Source: Bacteroidota bacterium | GTDB lineage: Bacteria > Bacteroidota > Bacteroidia > CAILMK01 > JAAYUY01 | Assembly: GCA_018698135.1 (NCBI GenBank) | Contig: JABINZ010000208.1 | Span: 1 to 19,889 of the forward strand | Length of the DNA stretch: 19,889 nt | Direction: 5' to 3' | Part shown: positions 8,103 to 15,869 of the stretch, in pieces | How the letters are laid out: every line of letters begins with the position of its first letter | How positions within the stretch are numbered: position 1 is the stretch's first letter | Made by a program: the position numbers and the translations under genes | Notes under the pieces: generated by a model | What the model was told of the DNA's origin: nothing | The model's database searches: none | What the model saw: only the letters and a program-made list of their open reading frames with translations

Positions 8103-9404
8103 TTTTGCTTTAACCATATCGCTGATCATTTGAGTGGTTATCGATTTCGGACGTTCGAGCGGATATCCTAACGCACGATCCCAAATAATATTCGCAGTTA
8201 CACCAAAGGCTCTTCCCATGCCAAACAATACAGTGTAAAATTCATATTCTTTAACACCAAAGTGCCATTGCAATACACCTGATTGTGCATCAACATTGGG
8301 CCATGGGTTTTTTGCTTTTCCTTGTTCTCTTAAAATCGGTGGCACTACATCGTAAAGAAGTTTAACATATTCAAATAGCATATCGTTTTTAATATGCTTC
8401 ATGCAAAATTCTCTTTGAGCGGTATAGCGAGGGTCTGTTTTACGCAATACAGCATGTCCAAACCCAGGTATCACCTGTCCGGAATTAAGTGTATGCCATA
8501 CATCCTCTGCTAGTTTCTCTTTGGAGGGAACTACTCCTCCGTATTTTTTCATTTCACCCTGTATCCAGCGCAATACTTCTTGATTGGCCAAGCCGTGGAG
8601 TGGTCCTGCTAAACCATTAAGCATACCAGAAATTGAATAATAAATATCAGACAAGGCACTGGCAATCAAATGTCCTGTATGTGCACTTACATTCCCGCTT
8701 TCATGGTCACTATGTAGAATAAAATACAAGCGAGAAACATCATCATATGGCTTGCCAACACCCATCATATGAGCAAAATTTCCTGCCATGTCCATATGAG
8801 GATCTGGTGGAATAAACTCGTTGTTTTTGTATTTCATTCGGTAAATATAGGCGGCAATTTCAGGTAATTTAGCCAACAAACTAATGGAATCTTCATAAGT
8901 AGCATCCCAATAATCTTCTCTTTTTAGCCCTTCTCTATATTTCTTTGCAAATTTCGACTCTCTTTGCAAAGCAAGAATTGCATTGGCAAACATTGTCATT
9001 GGATGAGTATCACGAGGCATTGCTCTCAATACATCAAATACATACCATGGAACATGTTTTCTCTTGCTAAACTCATCTGCAATTTGCTCAACTTGTTCAG
9101 TATTTGGAATGTCTCCAGTAAGCAGTAAATAGTAGAAGCCTTCTACCAATGGCATTTCACAGCAATCGGGTTTTGGTAAAAGCTCAAATACTTCTGGAAT
9201 AGTATAGCCACGAAAGCGAATTCCTTCTTCAGGATCGAGGTACGAAATATCGGTTACAAGACTTTTGATCCCACGCATACCTCCAATGACCTGAGAAACC
9301 CTGACTTCATCAATAACAGTGTCCCCATGATTTTTAAGTAATTCCTGAATTTTTGGTCTTTCAATTAATATTTTTTCGTACAACTTCTCTTTTAATGTAG
9401 CCAT
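8100..9404 (-). CDS. gltA: Citrate synthase
   Basis: 434 aa and conserved along its length with type II citrate synthases. The C-terminal end includes GYPLERPKSITTQ. ATG verified. Confidence 0.9.
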   Translation of the reverse strand: MATLKEKLYEKILIERPKIQELLKNHGDTVIDEVRVSQVIGGMRGIKSLVTDISYLDPEEGIRFRGYTIPEVFELLPKPDCCEMPLVEGFYYLLLTGDIPNTEQVEQIADEFSKRKHVPWYVFDVLRAMPRDTHPMTMFANAILALQRESKFAKKYREGLKREDYWDATYEDSISLLAKLPEIAAYIYRMKYKNNEFIPPDPHMDMAGNFAHMMGVGKPYDDVSRLYFILHSDHESGNVSAHTGHLIASALSDIYYSISGMLNGLAGPLHGLANQEVLRWIQGEMKKYGGVVPSKEKLAEDVWHTLNSGQVIPGFGHAVLRKTDPRYTAQREFCMKHIKNDMLFEYVKLLYDVVPPILREQGKAKNPWPNVDAQSGVLQWHFGVKEYEFYTVLFGMGRAFGVTANIIWDRALGYPLERPKSITTQMISDMVKAK

Positions 9405-9482
9405 CTTTTAATTTTTAATCAAGAAATAAAAACACAATTAACTATCCTAAAATGGGGGACACTAGCTCATTTTGGATATACA

Positions 9483-9490
9483 CAAATATA
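9483..9490 (-). promoter_or_regulatory. Candidate Bacteroidota -7 promoter box (TAtaTTTG on the minus strand) for gltA
   Basis: The plus-strand CAAATATA matches the minus-strand TAnnTTTG consensus, about 79 nt upstream of the gltA ATG. Confidence 0.3.
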
Positions 9491-9556
9491 CCTCTAATAT
9501 ACAAATTAAAATATTTGTTTATTAGCATATTAATTATGGGTTATTTTAATAAGTGA

Positions 9557-10072
9557 CTAATTTGAAGCTATATCAGCAATAACACCTGGCCTTGTTTTAA
9601 ATTCTCGGTCAAGCAGGAACAAGCCTTGCTTGCTATCTGCAATCATTTTTACTTCGTGCAAAACTTGTTCAGCAGTAGCTACTTCCTCAACCTGCTCATC
9701 AACAAACCACGTTAAAAAGCTATTTGTTGCATGATCTCTCTCGTCTAACGCCAGTGTTACCAAATCGTTTATGCAGTTGGTAATGAAAATTTCATGCTCT
9801 AAAGTCTCTTCAAAAATTTCAACAATTGAATTCCATTCTTTTTTTGGTGCTTTAATACTTTCAAAAATTGCTCGTCCACCTGTTGAAACTAGATAGTTAT
9901 AAAACTTTCTGGCATGTAAATATTCTTCTTCGGCCTGTACTTTCATCCAGTTTGCAAATCCCGATAAATTAATAGATTCAAAATAAGAGGACATGGACCA
10001 ATATAAATAAGATGAATATAATTCCTCATTTATTTGCTTATTGAGTGCGTTTTCGATTTTTTCTTTAATCAT
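9557..10072 (-). CDS. ftnA: Non-heme ferritin
   Basis: 171 aa. ELYSSYLYWSMSSYF, QAEEEYLHARKFYNYL and FLTWFVDEQVEE match the ferritin-like di-iron helices. ATG verified. Confidence 0.9.
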   Translation of the reverse strand: MIKEKIENALNKQINEELYSSYLYWSMSSYFESINLSGFANWMKVQAEEEYLHARKFYNYLVSTGGRAIFESIKAPKKEWNSIVEIFEETLEHEIFITNCINDLVTLALDERDHATNSFLTWFVDEQVEEVATAEQVLHEVKMIADSKQGLFLLDREFKTRPGVIADIASN

Positions 10073-10115
10073 TGTATTGTCTATATTTTAGGGTAAAATG
10101 AAATAATATTACGTG

Positions 10116-10123
10116 CAAAATTA
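10116..10123 (-). promoter_or_regulatory. Candidate -7 promoter box (TAATTTTG on the minus strand) for ferritin
   Basis: The plus-strand CAAAATTA is 44-51 nt upstream of the ferritin ATG. It directly abuts the palindrome at 10124-10133. Confidence 0.3.
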
Positions 10124-10133
10124 GATAATTATC
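10124..10133. promoter_or_regulatory. Perfect 10-bp palindrome GATAATTATC (Fur-box-like half-sites) at the ferritin promoter
   Basis: GATAAT and ATTATC hexamers overlap by 2 nt. Fur boxes are built from GATAAT-type hexamers. The palindrome lies immediately upstream of the putative -7 box of an iron-storage gene. Confidence 0.3.
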
Positions 10134-10161
10134 GGCAATTCCTGTGGTTCAAAAAAACGAT

Positions 10162-10668
10162 TTAGCTTGTTTGGATTAGCATTTTACTCACTTGCTCCAG
10201 TTGTGTTCTTTGAGGATCAATAACAAAATGAGCCTTTCGGTAAAACAGATTTCTTTCTTTTAAAAGTTTATTAACGTAGTCCGCCATTTCTTCGGGCCTA
10301 ATTTGTTTCAGAAGAGGACGCTTGCGGCTGTTGATATTTAACCGATCAATAATAATTTGATTATCAGGTTTTAAATAGATTGTTTTACCGTTTTTATTCA
10401 TGAATTCCATATTATCAAAAAACACAGGTGTTCCACCACCACATGCAATAACCACATCTGATTTTTCCAAAGTATTTTTTAGTGCATTTTGTTCAGCTTT
10501 TCTAAAATAATCCTCCCCTTTAGTGGCGAAAATTTCGGAAATCCATTTATGTTCGCTTCGTTCAATTTCAAGGTCTAAATCAAGAAAATCATAGGATAAA
10601 CTGCTTGCTAGGTTTTTTGCGAACCTGCTTTTTCCTGCACCCATAAATCCGATAATATAAATCCGCAT
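10162..10668 (-). CDS. aroK: Shikimate kinase
   Basis: The Walker A motif is MRIYIIGFMGAGKS. The track start at 10695 is a TTG (verified). The first ATG (MRIY) is at 10668, 1 nt after the fmt stop, so the genes are translationally coupled. Confidence 0.85.
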   Translation of the reverse strand: MRIYIIGFMGAGKSRFAKNLASSLSYDFLDLDLEIERSEHKWISEIFATKGEDYFRKAEQNALKNTLEKSDVVIACGGGTPVFFDNMEFMNKNGKTIYLKPDNQIIIDRLNINSRKRPLLKQIRPEEMADYVNKLLKERNLFYRKAHFVIDPQRTQLEQVSKMLIQTS

Positions 10669-10669
10669 T

Positions 10670-11599
10670 TTACCCGATTTTTTCGTTTGATTCAATTACA
10701 TGTCCTTTTAAGAATTCAGCAGTATTGAGTCTCTTTTTGCCCTCCAATTGCAGAGACTTAATATCAATATAACCTCCCTGTACAGCAACTTTAATAAAGG
10801 ACTTATTATCTGTGATTAACGTTCCACTAATTTTTGAATGTTGACTTAGCTCAATACCTACCTCATAAATTTTGCAAACCTTATTTTTCAAAGTGGTCCA
10901 TGCTGCTGGATACGGGCTCAAACCACGAATATGATTGTAAATATCTGTTATTGGTTTTTGCCAATTAATCTGACAAATAACTCTGTTCAATTTTGAAGCT
11001 ATTTTTTCCTCACCACTTAATAGCTGTTTTTTTCCGTCAAGCTGATTTGCCTTAAGTTGTTTGCATGTTTCCAGCAATAAGTCGGATCCAATTTCTTCTA
11101 AGGTATCGTGCAAACTGCCTGCAGTATCATCTATATTTATTTCCACTTCTTTCTTAAGCAAAAAATCACCTGTATCAATTTTGTCATTTATAAAGAAGGT
11201 TGTGACACCTGTTCTTTCTTCCCCGTTTATAATGGCCCAATTAATAGGTGCTGCTCCCCTGTAATTAGGTAGTAAGGATGCGTGTAAGTTGATAGTTCCC
11301 CTGCTAGGCATTTGCCATACAATGGAGGGTAACATGCGAAAGGCCACAACAACAAATAAGTCAGCTTGAAAGTTTTTAAGCTGTTTTAAGAACAACTCGT
11401 CTTTAAGCTTTTCAGGCTGAAGAACAGGGATACTTTGATCTAATGCATATTTTTTTATAGCAGTTGCATTCATTTTCAAACCTCGGCCAGAAGGTCGATC
11501 TGGAGCGGTTACTACCGCTGCAATATCAACGGAATTATCGTACAATTTCTTCAAGGATGAAACAGCAAATTCGGGGGTACCAAAGAAAATTATTCTCAT
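10670..11599 (-). CDS. fmt: Methionyl-tRNA formyltransferase
   Basis: 309 aa. MRIIFFGTPEFAVSSL is the classic Fmt N-terminus. There is a formyltransferase core and a C-terminal domain. ATG verified. Confidence 0.9.
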   Translation of the reverse strand: MRIIFFGTPEFAVSSLKKLYDNSVDIAAVVTAPDRPSGRGLKMNATAIKKYALDQSIPVLQPEKLKDELFLKQLKNFQADLFVVVAFRMLPSIVWQMPSRGTINLHASLLPNYRGAAPINWAIINGEERTGVTTFFINDKIDTGDFLLKKEVEINIDDTAGSLHDTLEEIGSDLLLETCKQLKANQLDGKKQLLSGEEKIASKLNRVICQINWQKPITDIYNHIRGLSPYPAAWTTLKNKVCKIYEVGIELSQHSKISGTLITDNKSFIKVAVQGGYIDIKSLQLEGKKRLNTAEFLKGHVIESNEKIG

Positions 11600-11624
11600 T
11601 TTGTTAACTCAAATTATTGTTGTG

Positions 11625-11632
11625 CAAAATTA
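11625..11632 (-). promoter_or_regulatory. Candidate -7 promoter box (TAATTTTG on the minus strand) for the fmt-aroK operon
   Basis: The plus-strand CAAAATTA is 26 nt upstream of the fmt ATG. Confidence 0.3.
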
Positions 11633-11726
11633 AGCAATTTATTAACGCTCTGATTTTGAAAATGACGCAGCGGTCTGATAATTAATTAATTGTGAGGCAG
11701 ATAGCAGTATTTAATTATTAATTCCA

Positions 11727-11734
11727 TATTTTTG
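11727..11734 (+). promoter_or_regulatory. Candidate -7 promoter box TATTTTTG for the MerR-like gene
   Basis: It matches TAnnTTTG. It overlaps the TTG that the ORF track used as a start at 11732, which argues the real start is the ATG at 11816. Confidence 0.3.
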
Positions 11735-11815
11735 GTTCATACCCAAAGGTATGTTTTGGGGCCAAACGAAACTTTCTGGAGAGTAATTATACCAGTGAGT
11801 AAGATAAAAAAGACT

Positions 11816-12613
11816 ATGAGCGATATTTTCATTTTCCGAGGAATTGATTTTGAACTTGGATTTTCTGACTACACCTCTTCTGACGAATCAAATAGTGTTT
11901 CCGCACTATTGAATAAAAAAACACACAAACCTGCAGCAGGCGATTTTTCCTATCGTATCATTAATCACTGGGAAAGCAATGATTTGTTGAGTAGTAGCCG
12001 GACAAATGGGAAAGGATGGCGAAGATATTCTGTGATGGATCTTGTTTGGCTTTACATCATTCAAGATATGCGCACATTTGGAATATCGTTGGATTTAATA
12101 AAAAAAGTCAAGAAAAACCTGATAGAAGTGCAAAGTGAAGAAGTAAGCAAATTTCCATTATTAGAATACTATGTTTCTATTAGTATGTTAAACGAAGCTG
12201 TTTATTTACTTGTTTTTGAAAACGGACAAGCACATCCTGTTACAGAAAAAGAGTATGCATCCAACAGAGAATTTAGCTCAAAGAATAATCATCTACAAAT
12301 TAGCATTAACAATATTCTGCAAAAAATATTTACAGATAAACCCATCAAAGCCAAATCCAAAGAAGCTTCTGATTATTCATCAGGAGAGCGAATGGCCATT
12401 CAACTAATTCGATTAGGAGCTGTAAAACAAATGAATATTACTTTAAGCAATGGAAGCAAGCAAATTGTTACAAAAAAAGAGAAGGAACAATTTGAAAATA
12501 TCGTTTCCCATATTCAAAAGAAAAAATACAATCAGATTGAACTATCACATTCAGAGGCTGGAATGCTGGTCGTTGAAAATGAAGAAAGCCATACAGATGG
12601 CACTACTTATTAA
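11816..12613 (+). CDS. MerR-family helix-turn-helix transcriptional regulator, atypical (N-terminal extension and unrecognised C-terminal domain)
   Basis: FSYRIINHWESNDLLSSSRTNGKGWRRYSVMDLVWLYIIQDMRTFGISLDLIKKV aligns to the MerR HTH consensus (vrtLRyYereGLL...GyRlYseedl..L.fI..lr..GfsleeI). The track start at 11732 is a TTG (verified). The first ATG is at 11816 (MSDIFIF...). No recognisable effector domain follows. Confidence 0.55.
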   Translation: MSDIFIFRGIDFELGFSDYTSSDESNSVSALLNKKTHKPAAGDFSYRIINHWESNDLLSSSRTNGKGWRRYSVMDLVWLYIIQDMRTFGISLDLIKKVKKNLIEVQSEEVSKFPLLEYYVSISMLNEAVYLLVFENGQAHPVTEKEYASNREFSSKNNHLQISINNILQKIFTDKPIKAKSKEASDYSSGERMAIQLIRLGAVKQMNITLSNGSKQIVTKKEKEQFENIVSHIQKKKYNQIELSHSEAGMLVVENEESHTDGTTY

Positions 12614-12827
12614 ATAAGCGTTTTCTCATCATCTTAACTGCTTTACATTTCTATTCCCTTTTAATTTGAATTAACTATTAATGATCTTACCGTATAGTAA
12701 TTAATTGTGATTTCTTCGTCACATGCTGTCTGGTTGATTTGTTCATCTGAGTCCTCTATGAGTGACCATGTGGAACAACTCTGCCTCGTTATCCATTTGC
12801 TGAAAAGTGCCAATTATTGATTAAGGT

Positions 12828-12861
12828 CAAAAATAAAAGGCTACCCATTACGGATAGCCTT
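12828..12861 (-). terminator. Rho-independent terminator of the TonB_C gene
   Basis: The stem is AAGGCTA / TAGCCTT (12837-12861), possibly extended by CC/GG. Read on the minus strand it is followed by a TTTTATTTTT run. Confidence 0.45.
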
Positions 12862-12885
12862 CTAACTAATCTCAACTTTCTAGAC

Positions 12886-13242
12886 TTAATTCTTGCTATA
12901 ATCAAACTTAAATTTGATAATATAAGACTCATCAGGATAGACAAAATCCTTTTTTAGAGTAATCTTTTCTAATTCATCACTTACATACTCTTTCAATAAC
13001 ACTTGAGTTGAGTGTATTTCGGCAATATTTATAGAGCCATCATTATTAAGCGTAAAACTTACATACACATCTCCTCTAATATCTTGCTCAATAGCAAATT
13101 GAGGGTAATCAACATTTTGTTTTACTTTTTTAATTACTTTGGTTTTACTGAGCATTTTTGCTTCAGGATCGTTTATTTTATTTGCACTTACACTTCCACT
13201 TAACATGAAAATTACGGATAATACTAGAATCAAAGATTTCAT
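12886..13242 (-). CDS. Secreted standalone TonB C-terminal-domain protein (118 aa)
   Basis: The signal peptide is MKSLILVLSVIFMLSGSVSA. DYPQFAIEQDIRGDVYVSFTLNNDGSINIAEIHST...FVYP fits the TonB_C pattern (YP..A...g.eG.V.v.F.i..dG.v). ATG verified. Confidence 0.6.
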   Translation of the reverse strand: MKSLILVLSVIFMLSGSVSANKINDPEAKMLSKTKVIKKVKQNVDYPQFAIEQDIRGDVYVSFTLNNDGSINIAEIHSTQVLLKEYVSDELEKITLKKDFVYPDESYIIKFKFDYSKN

Positions 13243-13550
13243 AACAGTTTGTTTTTTAGACTTGCTTCTTATTTGTAAAAAACCTAAACAAGGCCATTTA
13301 ATAAGTAATCAATAATCTGATATTATTTTCACAACAAGCAAAATGAGTAAAATTAAGCGTAAAAAATAGGTTCTGAATTTGTAAAGCTTTTTTAGGATTA
13401 TGTAAAAAACTGTAAACTTATTATAGTACTTTACATATAAACTCTACTAAGTCCTCAACGAGTGACTCAGTTGGGAGGTAGAACGATTCACTCTGTCTCG
13501 CCACCCACTCATAAGAGTCCTTTGTGTTAGACCCAGATAGAAGTTCTGAG

Positions 13551-13582
13551 AAATAAAAAACCCTTCCATGAGAAGGGTTTAG
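13551..13582. terminator. Rho-independent terminator after flotillin (minus strand)
   Basis: A perfect 9-bp stem AAACCCTTC / GAAGGGTTT encloses a 5-nt loop (13558-13580). On the minus strand it is followed by the T-run complementary to aaataaaaaa. It lies about 20 nt beyond the flotillin stop. Confidence 0.6.
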
Positions 13583-13602
13583 AATAAAGAATTTAACTGA
13601 AT

Positions 13603-15015
13603 CTATTCCTTTGGCTCTTCAGGAATCACTTCAGCAGTTTCAGTGATTTCTCCCTTTTCGTCAAGAACTTTACCTTTTAAATAATCGGGTAATTCCATTC
13701 CGGCCATCTTGAAAATTTCATCCATTGGCGGAAGTGATTTAAGCATCCCGGATAAGAAATTGGCAGCAGCAGGTGTTTTGCCATCTCCACTTTGTGAATC
13801 CCAGACGGTAATTTTATCAATCTTAAGATTTTTAATGGCCTCCACTTGTGTTTTCACAATTTCTGGAAGTTTATCTGCAATCATAAGCAATACGGCATCT
13901 CTTGAATTTTCTTTGGCAGCTTCAACCAGTTTGCCAAATCCTTCAGCTTGTTTAGTTAGAACCTCGTATATACCTGTTGCTTCGGCTGTTTTGCGCGCGA
14001 CAATAGCATCAGCTTCTCCTCGTGCAATTCTTCTTTTTTGTTCAGCAATGGCTTCAGCATCAATTTCAATTTTAAGCTTATCAATTTCTGCAGGAACCAC
14101 GATATCGGCCACTTTTGTAGCACGCTCTCGTTCTGAACGTGAAGTTTCAGCCAATCTTTCAGCATGATAGGATTCTTCCAAGGCTTGAGCAGCTTGAACC
14201 TTTTCAGCAGCAGTAGCTTGTTTTAATGCTTCAGCTTCTTTTTCCCTTCTGGCAGCATTTGTTTGTGCTATAGAAATAAGTGCTGTATTTTCTCCGTCAA
14301 CAGCTTTTGCATTTGCACTGGCAACCTGGATTCTTTCATCTTGTACGGCAATAGCTTCTCCAATAGAACCATCTCTATTTTTTTCAGCAACTGATTTCTT
14401 TGCATCATTAATTGCTTTTGCAGCAGCTTCTTTACCAAGAGCTTCAATATAAGAAGATTCGTCACGAATATCAGTTACGTTTACATTGATAAGCTTTAAA
14501 CCAATCTTTTGTAATTCAGCTTCTACATTTTGTGATACATTAGCTAAAAATTTATCTCTATCAGTATTGATTTCTTCAATATCCATTGTAGCTACTACCA
14601 AACGTAATTGTCCAAAAATGATATCTTTGGCCAATTCCTGAATATGGCTTTGCTCAAGACCCAAAAGGCGTTCAGCAGCATTTGTCATTACTCCAGGTTC
14701 TGTTGAAATTCCCACCGTAAATCGTGATGGCACATCAATACGAATGTTTTGTCTTGAAAGTGCATTAGTAAGGTTAACCTCTAGTGAAATAGGAGTCAGA
14801 TCAAGAAATGAATAATTTTGAATGACCGGCCAAATGAAAGCTGCACCTCCATGAATTGTTTTTGCAGATCGGTTTGTCCCTGCTTTAGTCTTTCCGGTTT
14901 TACCATACACAACCAATATCCTGTCTGAAGGACATCTTTTGTATCTTGAAAAAAGTGCCAGAATTGTAACAAAAATGACAACAATAAAAACAACAATTAC
15001 TGTTAATGAGCCCAT
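13603..15015 (-). CDS. Flotillin-like SPFH/band-7 protein (YqiK family)
   Basis: 470 aa. It has an N-terminal TM helix, an SPFH domain, then a long Ala/Glu/Lys-rich coiled coil (EKEAEALKQATAAEKVQAAQALEES...). ATG verified. Confidence 0.85.
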   Translation of the reverse strand: MGSLTVIVVFIVVIFVTILALFSRYKRCPSDRILVVYGKTGKTKAGTNRSAKTIHGGAAFIWPVIQNYSFLDLTPISLEVNLTNALSRQNIRIDVPSRFTVGISTEPGVMTNAAERLLGLEQSHIQELAKDIIFGQLRLVVATMDIEEINTDRDKFLANVSQNVEAELQKIGLKLINVNVTDIRDESSYIEALGKEAAAKAINDAKKSVAEKNRDGSIGEAIAVQDERIQVASANAKAVDGENTALISIAQTNAARREKEAEALKQATAAEKVQAAQALEESYHAERLAETSRSERERATKVADIVVPAEIDKLKIEIDAEAIAEQKRRIARGEADAIVARKTAEATGIYEVLTKQAEGFGKLVEAAKENSRDAVLLMIADKLPEIVKTQVEAIKNLKIDKITVWDSQSGDGKTPAAANFLSGMLKSLPPMDEIFKMAGMELPDYLKGKVLDEKGEITETAEVIPEEPKE

Positions 15016-15041
15016 AGTCTTTAGTTAAATTTTATATCAAA

Positions 15042-15686
15042 TTATTTAGTGAACTTTTCTACAATTAATACGTTGGAACTGGCAAGCCCTATTACTTTCA
15101 CCACTGTTCCTGTTGACAGATCTTCGTCATGTTTAGTCAGAGCTTTTAACTCATGCAGCGAATCTTGAACCATTATTTGTATTTTGCCAATATTCCCGCT
15201 TTTTGCGTTTATCGGAAGATAAACAGTGCCAATTTTGTTAACAGCATTTCGCATATCCAAAGCTCCACCTGAGTCTGCAAGTTTACTGATGAAATAAAAT
15301 AGAGCGGAAATAATAAGCATTGCTAGTACACCAAGGACAGTTGCAATAATGATTACCCAGGCAGTGTTTAAATCTGCCCGATTTCCGGCAATGCCAGCCC
15401 AACCAAAAATGGTAAAAAAGGCAATAAAATTTCGTATGGTAAAAATACCAAACTGAGGAACACCATCACCAGCATGAAGTCCATCATCATGATTAAAAAC
15501 GCCATCGGCCTCTGTATCAACATCTATATCAGGCACATCCGTATCAACATCTCCAATATCGGAAGATCCACCATCCATTCCAACAAAGGTTAAAACGAGT
15601 TGAATTAGCAAAATGACAGAGAAAGGAATGGCGATATACCAGAATATTTTTTCAAAAGTTGATAGTGCTTCCCAAAGTTCTTGCAT
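15042..15686 (-). CDS. NfeD-like / YqiJ-like membrane protein, flotillin partner
   Basis: 214 aa. It has an N-terminal TM, an acidic Asp-rich linker, more TM helices, and a C-terminal soluble beta-rich (OB-like) domain. It lies immediately upstream of flotillin with a 26 nt gap, the canonical nfeD-flotillin arrangement. Confidence 0.65.
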   Translation of the reverse strand: MQELWEALSTFEKIFWYIAIPFSVILLIQLVLTFVGMDGGSSDIGDVDTDVPDIDVDTEADGVFNHDDGLHAGDGVPQFGIFTIRNFIAFFTIFGWAGIAGNRADLNTAWVIIIATVLGVLAMLIISALFYFISKLADSGGALDMRNAVNKIGTVYLPINAKSGNIGKIQIMVQDSLHELKALTKHDEDLSTGTVVKVIGLASSNVLIVEKFTK

Positions 15687-15781
15687 AGTATTTGTTTTAT
15701 GAGTGCTTCGAAGAAATGTTAATTAAAGTTAAACATGAAAATACAAAGACAATTGTTCTAATCGGTTTAAAATTAATAACT

Positions 15782-15789
15782 TAATTTTG
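15782..15789 (+). promoter_or_regulatory. Candidate -7 promoter box TAATTTTG for the M16 peptidase gene
   Basis: It matches TAnnTTTG, 81 nt upstream of the ATG at 15870. Confidence 0.3.
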
Positions 15790-15869
15790 CACCCTTAATA
15801 AAATCATCTCCCATTTGGTAACCCAAATTAGTTAAAAATAAAGACAAAATATTATTAAAAGTAAAAAAC

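Noticed and set aside
9405-9556. A weak inverted repeat AAAATG...CATTTT in the gltA upstream spacer
   Set aside because: It is only a 6-bp AT-rich stem with a 16-nt loop, which is not distinguishable from background in AT-rich promoter DNA.
11683-11695. An exact 13-nt direct repeat TAATTAATTGTGA, second copy at 12698-12710, flanking the MerR-like gene
   Set aside because: In 20 kb of roughly 65 percent AT sequence, several exact 13-mer repeats are expected by chance. The flanks do not extend the match. It is noted only because of its position, and is not treated as an IS or att site.
12210-12407. A 65-aa alternative-frame ORF inside the MerR-like gene
   Set aside because: It is in the same strand but a different frame within the supported CDS. 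It is a chance ORF.
13461-13485. CTCAGTTGGGAGGTAGAACG resembles a tRNA D-arm (GCTCAGTTGGTAGAGC)
   Set aside because: There is no acceptor stem, anticodon arm or T-arm (GTTCGAATC-type) nearby, and the D-stem complementarity is absent. It is not a tRNA or tmRNA.
13709-14167. A 152-aa plus-strand ORF, and a nested 69-aa ORF, lying antisense inside the flotillin gene
   Set aside because: The translation is low-complexity Ala/Ser-rich and mirrors the Glu/Ala-rich coiled-coil codons on the coding strand. It has no start context. It is an artifact of compositional bias.
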